The notes under the pieces are model-generated. The model saw only the letters and a program-made list of their open reading frames with translations. It was not told where the DNA came from and made no database searches. Below are positions 23,745 to 35,973 of a stretch of DNA of 64,000 nucleotides, piece after piece (position 1 is the stretch's first letter; each line of letters opens with the position of its first letter). Source of the DNA: Phoronis australis (taxonomy: Eukaryota; Animalia; Phoronida); NCBI GenBank assembly GCA_002633005.1, contig NMRA01000581.1, positions 200,787 through 264,786 of the forward strand, written 5' to 3'. The translations under genes were made by a program, and so were the position numbers.

Positions 23745-25639
23745 CTGAAAATCAACAAGAACTTTTAGTCAGGTTAGTTGAAAGGTAATAACAATACCAA
23801 TAGGTCAACTATAACAAAACAACAATAATGGTGATATGATAATAACAATAATATGACCAATATTATCACCACCATCGACTGGAATAGACACGTATTCTCT
23901 TATGTTGCTTGAGCAGGAATTTTACTTGTCATGTCAAAATTGTGTTGTGACGTGAACAGGAACAGTCGATCTCTTTGCAGATATTTCCAAAGCGTTATTC
24001 AAGTCCTTGGCTGTGTTAATTAATAAGGTCAAGCCGAAAATAAAACTTCAAACTGGAATAGATTAAGTCAGTGATGTCGAATCTTCCCGTTGAAACATTC
24101 AGTGAATCCAGCTTAGTCCATGGGGTTGGTGTGGACATTTAGGAGTTGTAGCTCACCCATTTTAATTAAAAAGTTCCGAACAATACCTCAAACACAAACC
24201 ACAAAAATTAACCGATTGCGCTTGATAGGACTTCAAGGTCAAAATTGTGCTATATAGCTATTTCTACATACTTAGAACTATAGAAAAGTGACTACCAGCT
24301 AAGCTGCAATAAAACAAAAACACGATTGCGCGAAGATATTTTGTAGCAGTAAATTTTGTTTGCAATTGTAACACATACTATGCACAAATTATGAACTTTA
24401 TTATAACACAATATAAAATATCTAGGAAAGAATGCAAGGTTTTCGCCAGAAACAAATCCAATGAGAGTAGAAGCACGTACTTCCATCCACAAAACTTTTT
24501 AACCACTCTAGAGCAATGCCACCGGCCTTGTCTTGAGTGCTTGACAGCACTCGACACAGTCGAAAATGTAAGCTCGAAAATACTAGTGATCGCTTGTTAT
24601 AGCATGCTCATTCCATAAAACATTCGTCCAATTCCGTGTGAAGTTGTATATTATAATGTCGTACGGAAAATGAATGAGCGCGTCTTATTCTGGATTAGTT
24701 GACGTAAATAACGAAATTAGATCTGACCCTCGAGAGAACAATGTACATGTAACTGATTGGGACCGCGTCTCTGACCTGTCAGTGATGTGGCAAGGTCAGC
24801 ACGGCTACAGGAATACTAATTAAAATCTGCCAAAATGAGTGACATACAAATCGTTATACGACCATCCAAGTCAATAATTGGTTATTGCCACGATCGAAAA
24901 ATTTGAACCACTGAGTATTGGCAATCACAGTTTCATTTTTCAATGTGGTATTGAAAATAGAATTTTTAATTGTTCGTTGATATTCCATATTTCCAAATTC
25001 TATTTTCAAAACGAAAATTGAAAATCGAAACATGGATACGCTTCCTAATTTAAATAATAAATCGTCTATAATGTTTTGACTCTTACCTGTAGTTTCATAA
25101 TTCAATTTGAATTGAATCTTGGAATTGGAAACCAATGCATGTCATTCAATCCCACGAGAAAATGCTTTGTTTGCAAAGAACACTATTCTGATACACGTTA
25201 CGCATTTACCTTCCGATTTGTTAAAGGAAACAAAGCAGTTACTCAGCTGTTTTCATCACGAGCTTTAATTTTTCATTTTCCAAGCAGACGCCACAATTTA
25301 AAGCAGTATTTCGCACTCTTTAGCTGGCAAAATGCTCACATGGCCAGTCTGCTCACGCTGGAATGGGGGGCCCGAAGTATACATGTACCCCACAGCCTCG
25401 GGACCGGGCATAATTAATCCCTCACTGACTACACTCAAAATTAGATCACTTAAAGTGTTGATATTAAATAATCCTCGTCAATCTTCAAATTGTTGGAATA
25501 AGTTTGAAAACGTCATACAAAGTCTTCCAGCAAAAACATGATTTCCTTATTTGGCAATGCTAAATATGCCGGCAATGGTGTTTTATATTGTATCAATCAT
25601 GGTGAAGGCAAGGCGAAGGCATGGTGATGACATTGACAA

Positions 25640-25790
25640 TGATCATAGTCTGATTTCGATCAGATAGTGACGGGGTGAATATGATGACGATGGCCGTGGT
25701 GACGGTGAAGGTGAATGTCATTATGATGATCACGACAATGATAATGACAATGACAATAATGATGATAATGACGACCACGACGACGATTGC
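25640..25790. repeat. Degenerate (GAT/GAC/AAT)n trinucleotide tract in intron 3 of copy A
   Basis: ATGATGACGATGG...ATGATGATCACGACAATGATAATGACAATGACAATAATGATG. Confidence 0.8.
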
Positions 25791-25801
25791 AAAGAACTTA
25801 C

Positions 25802-26012
25802 TAGACATGATTCCACCCAAGTCCATTCCTTGCACAAAGTATAGGGCGCCAAACAAATCGACTTTCCGCACCCATTGTATGATGAAGGTACTGCCACTAA
25901 AGGCTAGCGACATAACGCTCAGTACCATGTCGTCATAGTTTGGAAATCTTCCCAACAAATAGCCCGTCATCAAAGATCCAACCACTCTGCCGGGATGTAA
26001 TAGAGAAATCGC
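25802..26012 (-). pseudogene. Copy A exon 3 (211 nt)
   Basis: ttttag|GCG...AISLLHPGRVVGSLMTGYLLGRFP...GGIMS A|gtaagt. Confidence 0.85.
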
Positions 26013-26408
26013 CTAAAACGTACATAATTTCATGTCCTTGGGTGACGGGATATTCATTTGAATATTACAAAAAAATCAAACGTTAGCACTTTTAAAATGT
26101 TGCGTTTTCAATGTCCGCACGAGTTGGTCAACAGTGATTATGACATTTTGAGGACATTCCAAGTTTTTTGTTCGTTTGTCAAATCCAGTGTATTATAGAA
26201 AAGATGTCGCACCCGTAAAGAAAATTTGAGTTTTCAAATAGAAACAAAGTCTTGATGACAAAATTTTACCCTGTCGTTGTTTAAGATATATGCACCAGAC
26301 ACTGGATTCTGTCTTCACGAGTTCCAAATCAGACAGATAACAGCAAAACTGATATTTTCAATATCGATGAATAAACATAACAGCAACACCAAATCCAATC
26401 ACGCTTAC

Positions 26409-26489
26409 CTGTGAAATACCTTCATAACTAGTTTGCGCTCTTTCAACAAGGTCTATCATCGTCGAGCCAAGTAACTATGACACCATATA
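26409..26489 (-). pseudogene. Copy A exon 2 (81 nt, premature TAG)
   Basis: tttcag|YMVS*LLGSTMIDLVERAQTSYEGISQ|gtaagc. Confidence 0.8.
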
Positions 26490-28127
26490 CTGAAAAAAAT
26501 ACATCATGGTTCAATGTGAATGTGTTTACTGAGTCCAAGGAGTGTACTTACTAGTACAGGAGAGTTCACTCCGCCACTTTACCATTCGCCGCAATGGTTA
26601 CCGGTCGAAACACTTGCGCCCCAAGCGGTGAATAATCAACACTTAGTTAGGAGCGCAGTCCGAACAATGTAAACACTGATAAATTCATACTTTAATGACG
26701 TTCGACGTGCAATAAAATTACTGTGTGATTGAAAATGGTTAGAATACATAAACTAACATCCACTTACAATCGAATGAGAAAGAAAATGTGTATTTTAATC
26801 AATATTAAAGTGTATGTGTTTTTATTCTCTTGAACCTCCCTTCAAACTCTGTCATAGTTTTGTTTCATGCTTGAGTTCTTAACAAGGCAATCATCGTTCC
26901 TTATAACAGTTCATATCTCCATGGACTACATAATTTGAATGATTGCTCCTGGGGTTCAGGGGGGAATTACCCCAGTTGCCAGCTAAGGGGGTACCAGGCA
27001 AAAACCAGATGGGCGCCAATTGGGTGTTGACCCCCTCCCAGGGGGGTTACATGGGAGGAGTGCTAAACAGGTAAAAACCAATGGGTATGTATGCCACATG
27101 GGTGTTGAGCCCCTCCCATCGTCATACATTTTGGTTGCTCCCCTGACCATTGACAAACATGTTACTCCCAGCTCACTGCTGGTTTCATCTCCACCCAACA
27201 ATTTCGTATGTGTTATCTATTCAATGCACCAGGCCACTAGCAATGAAGACAATTGTTTTGTGCAGTGGGTGTTGCACAAGTGAGAAGAAGAAAGCAAGAC
27301 AATTCATCACTACCACAAAATCGTAATACAATTTTAGAACATTCCATTATTTCTTAGACATGCCAGTATATGGTAAACTCAATCTCACTCTGCCATTCAC
27401 CAACAGTTACAAGTCAGTTGCTAATCTGTACAATACATGTAGCTCACAACTTACAAAATGAAGTAACATTGAGTATATCATCACTCATAACTAGTCAAAG
27501 TTCAAAATGTCATGACAAAAAATTAAGAGGTACTGAACAGCAATCAAAATATTCACTACACACATAGATTCATACAACAATGAATTAAAAAGACTTGGAT
27601 GATAAAACCAAAATGTTAGTTTATATACCCACTGTTCCTATTATCAGTAACAGTAAATATTTCATGTAAGTTAAAGCCAGACCACAAGATCATATCTGAT
27701 ACCTAGCCACAACTTGGGACTTAAATTAATCACAATCTTCAAAAACTTACAAAATAGGCAACACATACACCAACCAATAAAACAAGAAAATCTGACCAAC
27801 CTTCCCACTCTCTATTAATTCTCTAGTAAACAACAGCTTTTTTCGCCAAAGAAATGCGTTATAAATAAAGCTGAAAACTAATTTACTCACAGAGGTGTTT
27901 GTCATCGAGAAGCAAACTGATGCGGATAGCTTGGGTTTGTCAAAATTTCAGCCCACCATTCAGACTCTGAAAGATCCATCAGTTTCACTTTGGCTCTCTC
28001 CAAATCACAGGCTAACCTTTCATAAAATGTTTCAATCTGATCAACCTTAGTAAAATATGAAAACCAGACTTTGACTAATCGTTCTTTCTACACGTGATGT
28101 CCAAGAACTTGCTTTGTGAGACCATAA

Positions 28128-29253
28128 TCAGACATGCAAAAAAGCATATTCCAGAGCCGTAATATACATAATTTCCGGAGAACTTTTTGACATTTTCAAT
28201 TTTGGTGGATTCGGGACATCAAATATTGTTGGCACAGCATTCCACACCAGCTTGTGCTTCATAGAATTCATGAACATGGACTCCTCGAAGTGATGAGAGC
28301 ATAATTTGCAGTTCTTGGACAAGTAGGCTGCATCTCTATTCATAAAGTCGGCTCCCAGCGCTTGCACCTTAACAGAAATCAATGAGAGACTCAGGAACAA
28401 ACCGCATACTGACCAGGTTCATAGAAGACTGGTAGCCTACACTACACTGCACTGCACTGCACTGCACTGCACTGCACTGCACTGCACTGCACTGCACTGC
28501 ACTGCACTGCACTGCACTGCACTGCACTGCACTGCACTGCACTGCACTGCACTGCACTGCACTGCACTGCACTGCACTGCACTGCACTGCACTGCACTAC
28601 AAAAGTCCTGTCGCACCGTGCTTGTGAAAGAGACAAAACTGTCTTGGTGTTAACTAAAAAAACTAGGACTCAAATATCGATCGACGGATATTTTAAGGGC
28701 CGCGTCTCCGCATCATTGGCGCATAGAAATAAGTTTTTATTGACACACTGCTTAACTTGAACCAACTGAAACATTAAAATTATGTCGATTTTTTCATCTT
28801 TTCAACGAGACCCACAAATTCTCTAACTTGACTCATGACAGACTTGAGGCCGCCCTGTGACTGTGATTGCGGCCATGTCACCAGTCATTCACTCATAGCC
28901 ATCGGTATGTTAACCTAAAATTATGCGTGCTATCGTTCGGTAACATTTTGATTTAAAATACATGGACTGCAAAGTATCCAAAAAGCTGAAGATCACATCG
29001 TTAATCGTAGTCCTTCCGCCGGCAGCTCTGTTGTGCAGTAGGCCTAGCCTGCAATGTAGACAACAGTGGCACAGGGACTGCGATCGATTTGTCTTCCAAC
29101 CGTGAAAAAAACATACAAAACGAAAGACACTATGAATAACAGATAATCCTTACCTTTTTGGATCCTTAGGAAACCTAAAAAAATGACACGTCTGGGGTTT
29201 TCGTGGATGAATTAGTGCAGTTTATCGCACTGTAAAATGTGCCCTTCCCCCAT
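28128..29253 (-). pseudogene. Spliced THAP-domain remnant (exon 29253-29154 and exon from ~28367)
   Basis: MGKGTFYSAINCTNSSTKTPDVSFF(+1 T)RFPKDPK|gtaagg ... ttaag|RCKRW then, after a frameshift, CKLCSHHFEESMFMNSMKHKLVWNAVPTIFDVPNPP. Confidence 0.8.
28445..28594. repeat. (CACTG)30 pentanucleotide microsatellite
   Basis: Perfect tandem CACTG units. Confidence 0.98.
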
Positions 29254-30596
29254 TGCTTTGGCGCTTCCTGGTTGACCGTTGCTTATTCACCACTAGGCGG
29301 CGCTACTACTAGCGGTAACCGAGAACTCACAAGTGAACTCCCCTATACAACTACACTCCTTGCTCCAATACCCTGGGTCTGGAGTACGTGCACTTCAACC
29401 CAATCAGTTAATATTTTTTTAGATTTTTGCAGTTTACGTGTTTGTGAAAATTGAAGCGACTCACTGTGAAAGAATAGACGGCAAAGATGAGAATAGTCCT
29501 AATGTAACGATAACTTTTCTCAATCATACGTTTCCTGGGCCCAACTTCATCCTCTTTTTCAACGGACAGTTTGACGTTTCCGTTAATGTCTTTTGAATTT
29601 TGACAGTCGGCCATATCGCTACTTCCAATGAAAATCGCCTCTCTTTGCATTTTCANNNNNNNNNNAGAAATAAGTTTTTATTGACACACTGCTTAACTTG
29701 AACCAACTGAAACATTGAAATTATGTCGATTTTTTCATCTTTTCAACGAGACCCACAAATTCTCTAACTTGACTCATGACAGACTTGAGGCCGCCCTGTG
29801 ACTGTGATTGCGGCCATGTCACCAGTCATTCACTCATAGCCATGGGTATGTTAACCTAAAATTATGCGTGCGATCGTTCGGTAACATTTTGATTTAAAAT
29901 ACATGGACTGCAAAGTATCCAAAAAGCTGACGATCACATCGTTAATCGTAGTCCTTCCGCCGGCAGCTCTGTTGTGCAGTAGGCCTAGCCTGCAATGTAG
30001 ACAACAGTGGCACAGGGACTGCGATCGATTTGTCTTCCAACCGTGAAAAAAACATACAAAACGAAAGACACTATGAATAACAGATAATCCTTACCTTTTT
30101 GGATCCTTAGGAAACCTAAAAAAATGACACGTCTGGGGTTTTCGTGGATGAATTAGTGCAGTTTATCGCACTGTAAAATGTGCCCTTCCCCCATTGCTTT
30201 GGCGCTTCCTGGTTGACCGTTGCTTATTCACCACTAGGCGGCGCTACTACTAGCGGTAACCGAGAACTCACAAGTGAACTCCCCTATACAACTACACTCC
30301 TTGCTCCAATACCCTGGGTCTGGAGTACGTGCACTTCAACCCAATCAGTTAATATTTTTTTAGATTTTTGCAGTTTACGTGTTTGTGAAAATTGAAGCGA
30401 CTCACTGTGAAAGAATAGACGGCAAAGATGAGAATAGTCCTAATGTAACGATAACTTTTCTCAATCATACGTTTCCTGGGCCCAACTTCATCCTCTTTTT
30501 CAACGGACAGTTTGACGTTTCCGTTAATGTCTTTTGAATTTTGACAGTCGGCCATATCGCTACTTCCAATGAAAATCGCCTCTCTTTGCATTTTCA
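28725..30596. other. 931-bp near-identical direct duplication across a 10-N gap (probable assembly/haplotype overlap)
   Basis: 28725-29655 equals 29666-30596 except ~4 substitutions; the junction is the N run at 29656-29665. Confidence 0.85.
30406..30555 (-). pseudogene. Copy A exon 1 (150 nt; duplicated at 29465-29614)
   Basis: MADCQNSKDINGNVK...YRYIRTILIFAVYSFT|gtgagt, paralogous to exon 1 of B and C. Confidence 0.8.
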
Positions 30597-33500
30597 TTCC
30601 ACGTCTGTGCTTTTTATTATCCATCTATTGATTACACGGGTCAAGAAGTACTCGTATCACTTAATCAACTGTAGCATCACGGCGTGGCCACGATATCAGT
30701 TACTGACACCCATTCGATACCATATTCGTCATTTCTCGTAAAACACAATAGTGTACTGTGGCTAACAAGCCGAGAGGCTGTGTTTTTAAGTAACACTCGT
30801 CACTGTAATAAATGCATTTTCTCTCTATATGTTGTAAAGTACACGATCACTTTGTATCGAATGAGTTTGAACTCTTCAGAATCCGGCTGTCAGTTAGTAC
30901 TGTTGACACGTAACAACGCTTTTTCGTTGCCCATACTATTGAACTTTTAGCTATAGATGTCTCTCGCAACGAGATCCTAAAGGAGACTGAACTGAGTTTT
31001 GGCCTATGAAAGTGAGGCACGGCTTTATTCAGCAGTCTGGCTGCGTATTTTGTCAATAACATGAAAACAAAATTTAGCAAAAACGAAACGTAGATTGATA
31101 GCAAAACAACGGTACCAATAACTTTAATCAAACTTTATTAAGTTTAAAGCTTCAAAATGATATCTCAAAAACGATGTTGCAGATTTCTAAACTAGCATCT
31201 TTTTTTTTGATTTGTGCAGCTTCAGATTTTTTTTCTTGAAAACCATTCATTGCCCCGCATGCAAAATTGATCACTTGAAAAAGAATTCCTGGCAGTGTTT
31301 AAAGCTCCTTTATATAAGGCTTGATAATTCTCGTGAACCCTCAAAGTTTAAAACGAATTTTGAAAACGTCTTGTAATGTCTTATAAACGGGCAAGCGTGA
31401 CCTAAGCATTAGCTGAGTTTCACAACTGTGCGTAAAGGCATCACCCACAAAGAACCATGATATCCATTTGCAATACAGTGAGTAGACGTGTTTTCAGCTG
31501 AACACCCTAGTGGGACATAAATGGTGACAAAGCAACGGCCAGGTCGAGGAATGGTTGAAATCACCAAAATATGCTTCATTATCCTTTTAAGCTATCGTAC
31601 ATCACAAAGTCATGCCATTGTCGTAGAAATCGCCTACATTTCGTGAAGCCGCTCAAAAATATTTCAGCACAGAATCAAGATTGAAACTTTTACAACTTTT
31701 CATATAGTGGAGCTATACAGTAGTGTCATGAAAATGGTGTAAAATTGTTTGCTCGTGAGCATCGGTGTGATTTATGGGTTTCAAAGGAAGTGGTCGTTTA
31801 TTATTGTTTGAGACCAGGCTGTACATGTACAAGTTGACTTTTTACGGAGTGTCATTGAACTTACCGACCATCGGTCTACAACAATGGCGAACTACCATGA
31901 TGTCTTTGCAAGACCGCCAAAACCATGTTTCACCTAGATAAGGAACAAATTACGACCAATTCTACAGCGTATCCTTACTGGTCTAATGCGAAAATTAGTT
32001 TCGTAAACAAAATGCGGATCCACAGCTCCTGTAAAACGGTCACTTGACATTCCCGATTGAAAATAGCCTCGTGTGCCGGGTAACATGCGGAGACAATTCC
32101 CTAAGTAAGACAATACTCGCCAGTGTTGGCTCGTGAAGCAGGTACTGTAGACTGCACTTGACTGACTTCACCGGTTACGTCGGGTCGACATGTGACTGGG
32201 CTGTTAGACGGAAGTCGTCCAAAAAGATGTTAAAGTGGTTAACCCGTCGAAGAATCGATTCAAACTGGTTTTACAAAATTCAAAAATATAAAGAGCGTAG
32301 TACTTGACTAAAGATTTTTCAAATATCAAACAAAATGAAATAAATCTGAGGGATTCCAAAGTGAATGCCTTCACGTATTACGACTACCACTGTGAGCGCA
32401 GCTGGTTACTTCATGAAAATGAACAAAAATATACAAAATTGCCGGATTTCATCCTAAAACCTCCATTCTTATGCGATTACATTGAACCAACAGGCAGTGC
32501 ACTTAGGCTGCCAAATCATTCCACATTCAAATAATTATCTTAATGTGTCTTTCCCGTCGGTTATCCATGCTTCTTCAAAATGGCGCCATCCAAGATCATT
32601 TTCTGCAAAGTCACGAACGTAAAATCACCCGTCAAGAAATTGTGGAAAACACGTCAATTCGCTAAGTGGAGCAAGATGTGCTGCGTTTGAAAGTATTAGA
32701 GTCCCTTTTAATTGCTTTTGAGAAGCCTGTTTTGAATGAGCAGCAAACAGGGTCGCGCCGCACGTTACACTTGTTTGCGTGACTTTCCTGTTAACCCTCT
32801 TCATTAGTCATTCTTTGCAGTATTTCACATCCGCCGTGTCTCACTGTGTGTGTCGTCAGCTTATACTCTGTGGTGGCATTACTGCGTCATTTTATCTTCA
32901 CTTGAGAATGAAACACTGGAAGTATGTTTCGAAATATCGTGTGTCTTTTAATTATGTCGCTAGGTCAGTTACTGTATCTACAGTATGTTCAGTTGAGAGT
33001 AGAGTTTTGTTCCGAAGTACGAACGTAACGGAATAAAGACTGTGAACAATGAAAAGTGTCGTGCGTTTGACAAATTCTGTATAACCGAAAACTTGCTCCC
33101 GAAGTACAGCCAGTACATGTGTACACAAAGGTGTCATATCATATCACATCTTTGAAGAGATTAAAAATCCTAAAAATATCTTTCATAGCTTTCATACTCA
33201 AACTGGATAGTCACCAATTTCTAAAATAACGAACTGGGGAGAAAAAATTGAATGTGGTTCAAAGAAATAATGAATGCGCAACTAAAAGATGAGAAATCTG
33301 CTGCCAATTTGCAGGCGTGGGATTGAATTTCTGAGGCTCTCACAGAAGTGGACTTTTAGAAAATACCAGTTCAGCGGAGACACAAAGCTTTCCTTCTCGC
33401 GGTATGGTTCGGTGAGGGTTTCCGGCGGTGGGTACCGATCCTTTCCCCTTGCACTTCGGTTCTGGAAACGTCCGAAAACCATAAAAATTTATTATTGTGA

Positions 33501-34966
33501 TATTTAAAATGAGGGTGGCCTCTTCAGTGATAGCACAGCTTTCCAAGAGGGCCCTCAACAGCATGTCAGTTTTAAGAATGACATGAACAAGTTTACTTCA
33601 ATTGCTTGGGCAAGGTGCTCTCTTATACAATATTATAGTACTTCATGATTGTTTTGTTTTAATGTGGCTTTGACTCAAACGTTTAATGCAAAGACATGCT
33701 ATAGCTGTGTCGCGTTTATCTTCTCCTGCACTGCTACTCCAAACTTCTGTTGACTGGTATTAAAATCTATTATATTCGTCCGTGGATTAGTTCCAGCCTC
33801 TCCTCATAATTTTGTAGTCTTGATAGGTAAACTAACTGAGTCCAGTGAAAACATACACTAACACCACATATGGCAAAAATCTCAAAGTTTGCGCCATCTT
33901 CACACCAATCCGATCTACTCTTTTCAAATGTTTACACCAAACATCATGTGCCAACCTTGAATTACGGTGAAATGTCAAACGCTTACGTTAACCCTGTACA
34001 GAAGGGTCTGAAACTCGGCGTCTAAAAACAACAGGCGCCGTGTCTGCATGCAAATTTTATAGGCCTATGCTGTCAAACACACACAGGCCTGTGCTTGATG
34101 TAAGTGTTGGCACGTGCGTGAGAGGAAGTTCCAAACGTGGGCACTAGTGTGTGTACACTTTGTGTAATGAGTGACAGACAAAGTTCGTTTGCGATGTAAT
34201 TGACCTGTCGCCAGGATTTTGAGTGACGGTTTAATTGACCAATCAGAACGCAGCATTCTTCACACATCTTCATTTCCAAGACGCCATTTTACCCGACAAA
34301 CAACACGTTGCCGGGTAAAACGTATTGTTTTTTAGCCGACATTACGCAAGGGGGCGGAGCTTGTGACAGGTCAATTGTCGTGAAAACAAGTACTCCTGAA
34401 AGCGAACGTATTTTTTATTTATTGACAAACATATCTGACTTAAAGTCTCATGCAGCGATAGTTGTGTCAAGCCGAAATTTCAAATTTTAAACTGAAATTA
34501 ATCAAACCAGCGGCGGTGAATCTTTTCGACTGGTTGTAGTAATTAATGAATAAGATTCAGTCATTTATCGTGTGTAATTAGGACTGCGACTTGCCGTATT
34601 AGAACACTGTTACGCACAAAACACGAACGAACGTCAGAAGGCGATGAAGATCGCAAAACCTCGCCCCGTGATTTACAACTGTCCTTGTCTCTTGCCTTTC
34701 ACCATACATGCCTTAGACAAAGATAACACAGATAGACTTTAATCGCCTATATTCGGCCTTTTATCAATTTCATGCTTGATCTACATATGTACTTCACATA
34801 ACACCATACTCAATATGAGTATCTTAACGGTTCTAAAACCTGTAATATAAGAGCAACCTTTGGTGTTTCGTCATCAATGGAGAAATCAACAGCATCGGAT
34901 ACGGGAACCCCACCACAGCAATGATATGACACATCGTTGATGAATCGATCTAAGACTTGACGGAAA

Positions 34967-35973
34967 TCACAACATCGTCAATTTCCCTGCACGTGCTCGT
35001 CTTTTCGCGCGTTCTTTCCTGTCTCCTCTCCAGCAACCAACAGAGTACATAAGCAGTGTGAAGAATGTTGCCAAGGCAATGCTAATAAAAGCAGAATACA
35101 AAATATACTCCGGACTGTGATACTGAAGCAGGCCACCAGAAATCAACTGAGCCGAGAAACCACCTAGGGATGAGCTCACATCGAAGACTGCGCAGAGAAT
35201 TCCGGAAATAACCATGTACTTGGTCCAGAAGGACAGACCGGATGGTATGCTTGGTCCGTAGAAGAAGGCTGAAGAAATTGCAAACACCCAGAGATATATT
35301 CTGCTGTTTGTACCGAAGTAGCATAAGCATCCCCAGCAAACGGTCGTGCTCATCAAAAAAGGTAGAAATGTGTACTTTGTGGATACACGGAAACTTAAAA
35401 GTGACACAACTGCGCGACTTGCACACTGTGCCAGTGCTTGCATTGAATCCAGCAAGGCTGCATCCTTCTTCGCTAACCCGCTCTTCACGGCATATGTCAT
35501 TAAATACACGTTAAGAACTTCGTCCGTATTTCTCAAGCAATATGCAAAAAGTATAATGGCGAAACACATGAAAGATCCGAACAAACAATTCCCTTCAGCA
35601 CATGACGCTGGGTTAAGGAGAGCTCTCACGGGGGTGCTTTGCTTTGACTCTGTTTTTCTCGCTGTTGTGTCCGTTTTCATCAAATATAAGAAGACAAATG
35701 CAGTGCTAGTAGACGCAAAAATCCCGCCTACTATGCCATACGGTATTTCAATTCGCGACTGTTCCCAGTTGGCATCTTCAGCAGTTGCATTTCGATCAGA
35801 CGACTGTGTGACGTCATATCCGGTTGAATTACTCTCACCTTCGTTGACAGATCCTAAGAAGGGCAACAAAAGCAACGAAGCAGAGAACATGCCGATTGTT
35901 GAGACACAGTATGCAGCGTTGAGCACAACCGATGCTTTCGTCGTCCACAAACGCAGACACACGTACATACCAG
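34967..35973 (-). CDS. Copy B exon 4
   Basis: ttttag|CT GGT ATG; open 333-aa multi-TM frame. Confidence 0.92.

Larger units (their letters stand above)
26536..29362 (-). mobile_element. Non-autonomous THAP-bearing DNA transposon (P-element-like CAAGG termini) in intron 1 of copy A
   Basis: Left CAAGGAGTGTACTTACTAGTACAGGAGAGTTCACT vs reverse-complemented right CAAGGAGTGTAGTTGTATAGGGGAGTTCACT. Contains a two-exon THAP remnant. No TSD seen, so the superfamily is uncertain. Confidence 0.6.
22724..30555 (-). pseudogene. MFSD4/NaGLT1-like MFS transporter copy A, probably inactivated (exons 30555-30406, 26489-26409, 26012-25802, 23744-22724)
   Basis: Same exon sizes and phases as copies B and C, with GT-AG sites. 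In-frame TAG in exon 2 (26477-26475; AAG Lys in B and C). 2-nt insertion in the (AG)3 run at ~23111-23116 in exon 4. An alternative in-frame ATG lies at 30624. Confidence 0.8.

Noticed and set aside
25593-25801. Poly-Ile/Val hydrophobic ORF extension
   Set aside because: Read-through past the exon 3 donor into an intronic trinucleotide repeat.
28369-28636. ORFs with QCSAV repeats
   Set aside because: Translation of the (CACTG)n microsatellite.
28725-30596. Apparent duplicated first exon / alternative promoter of copy A
   Set aside because: The two copies abut an N gap and differ by only ~4 substitutions, typical of unmerged haplotype contig ends.
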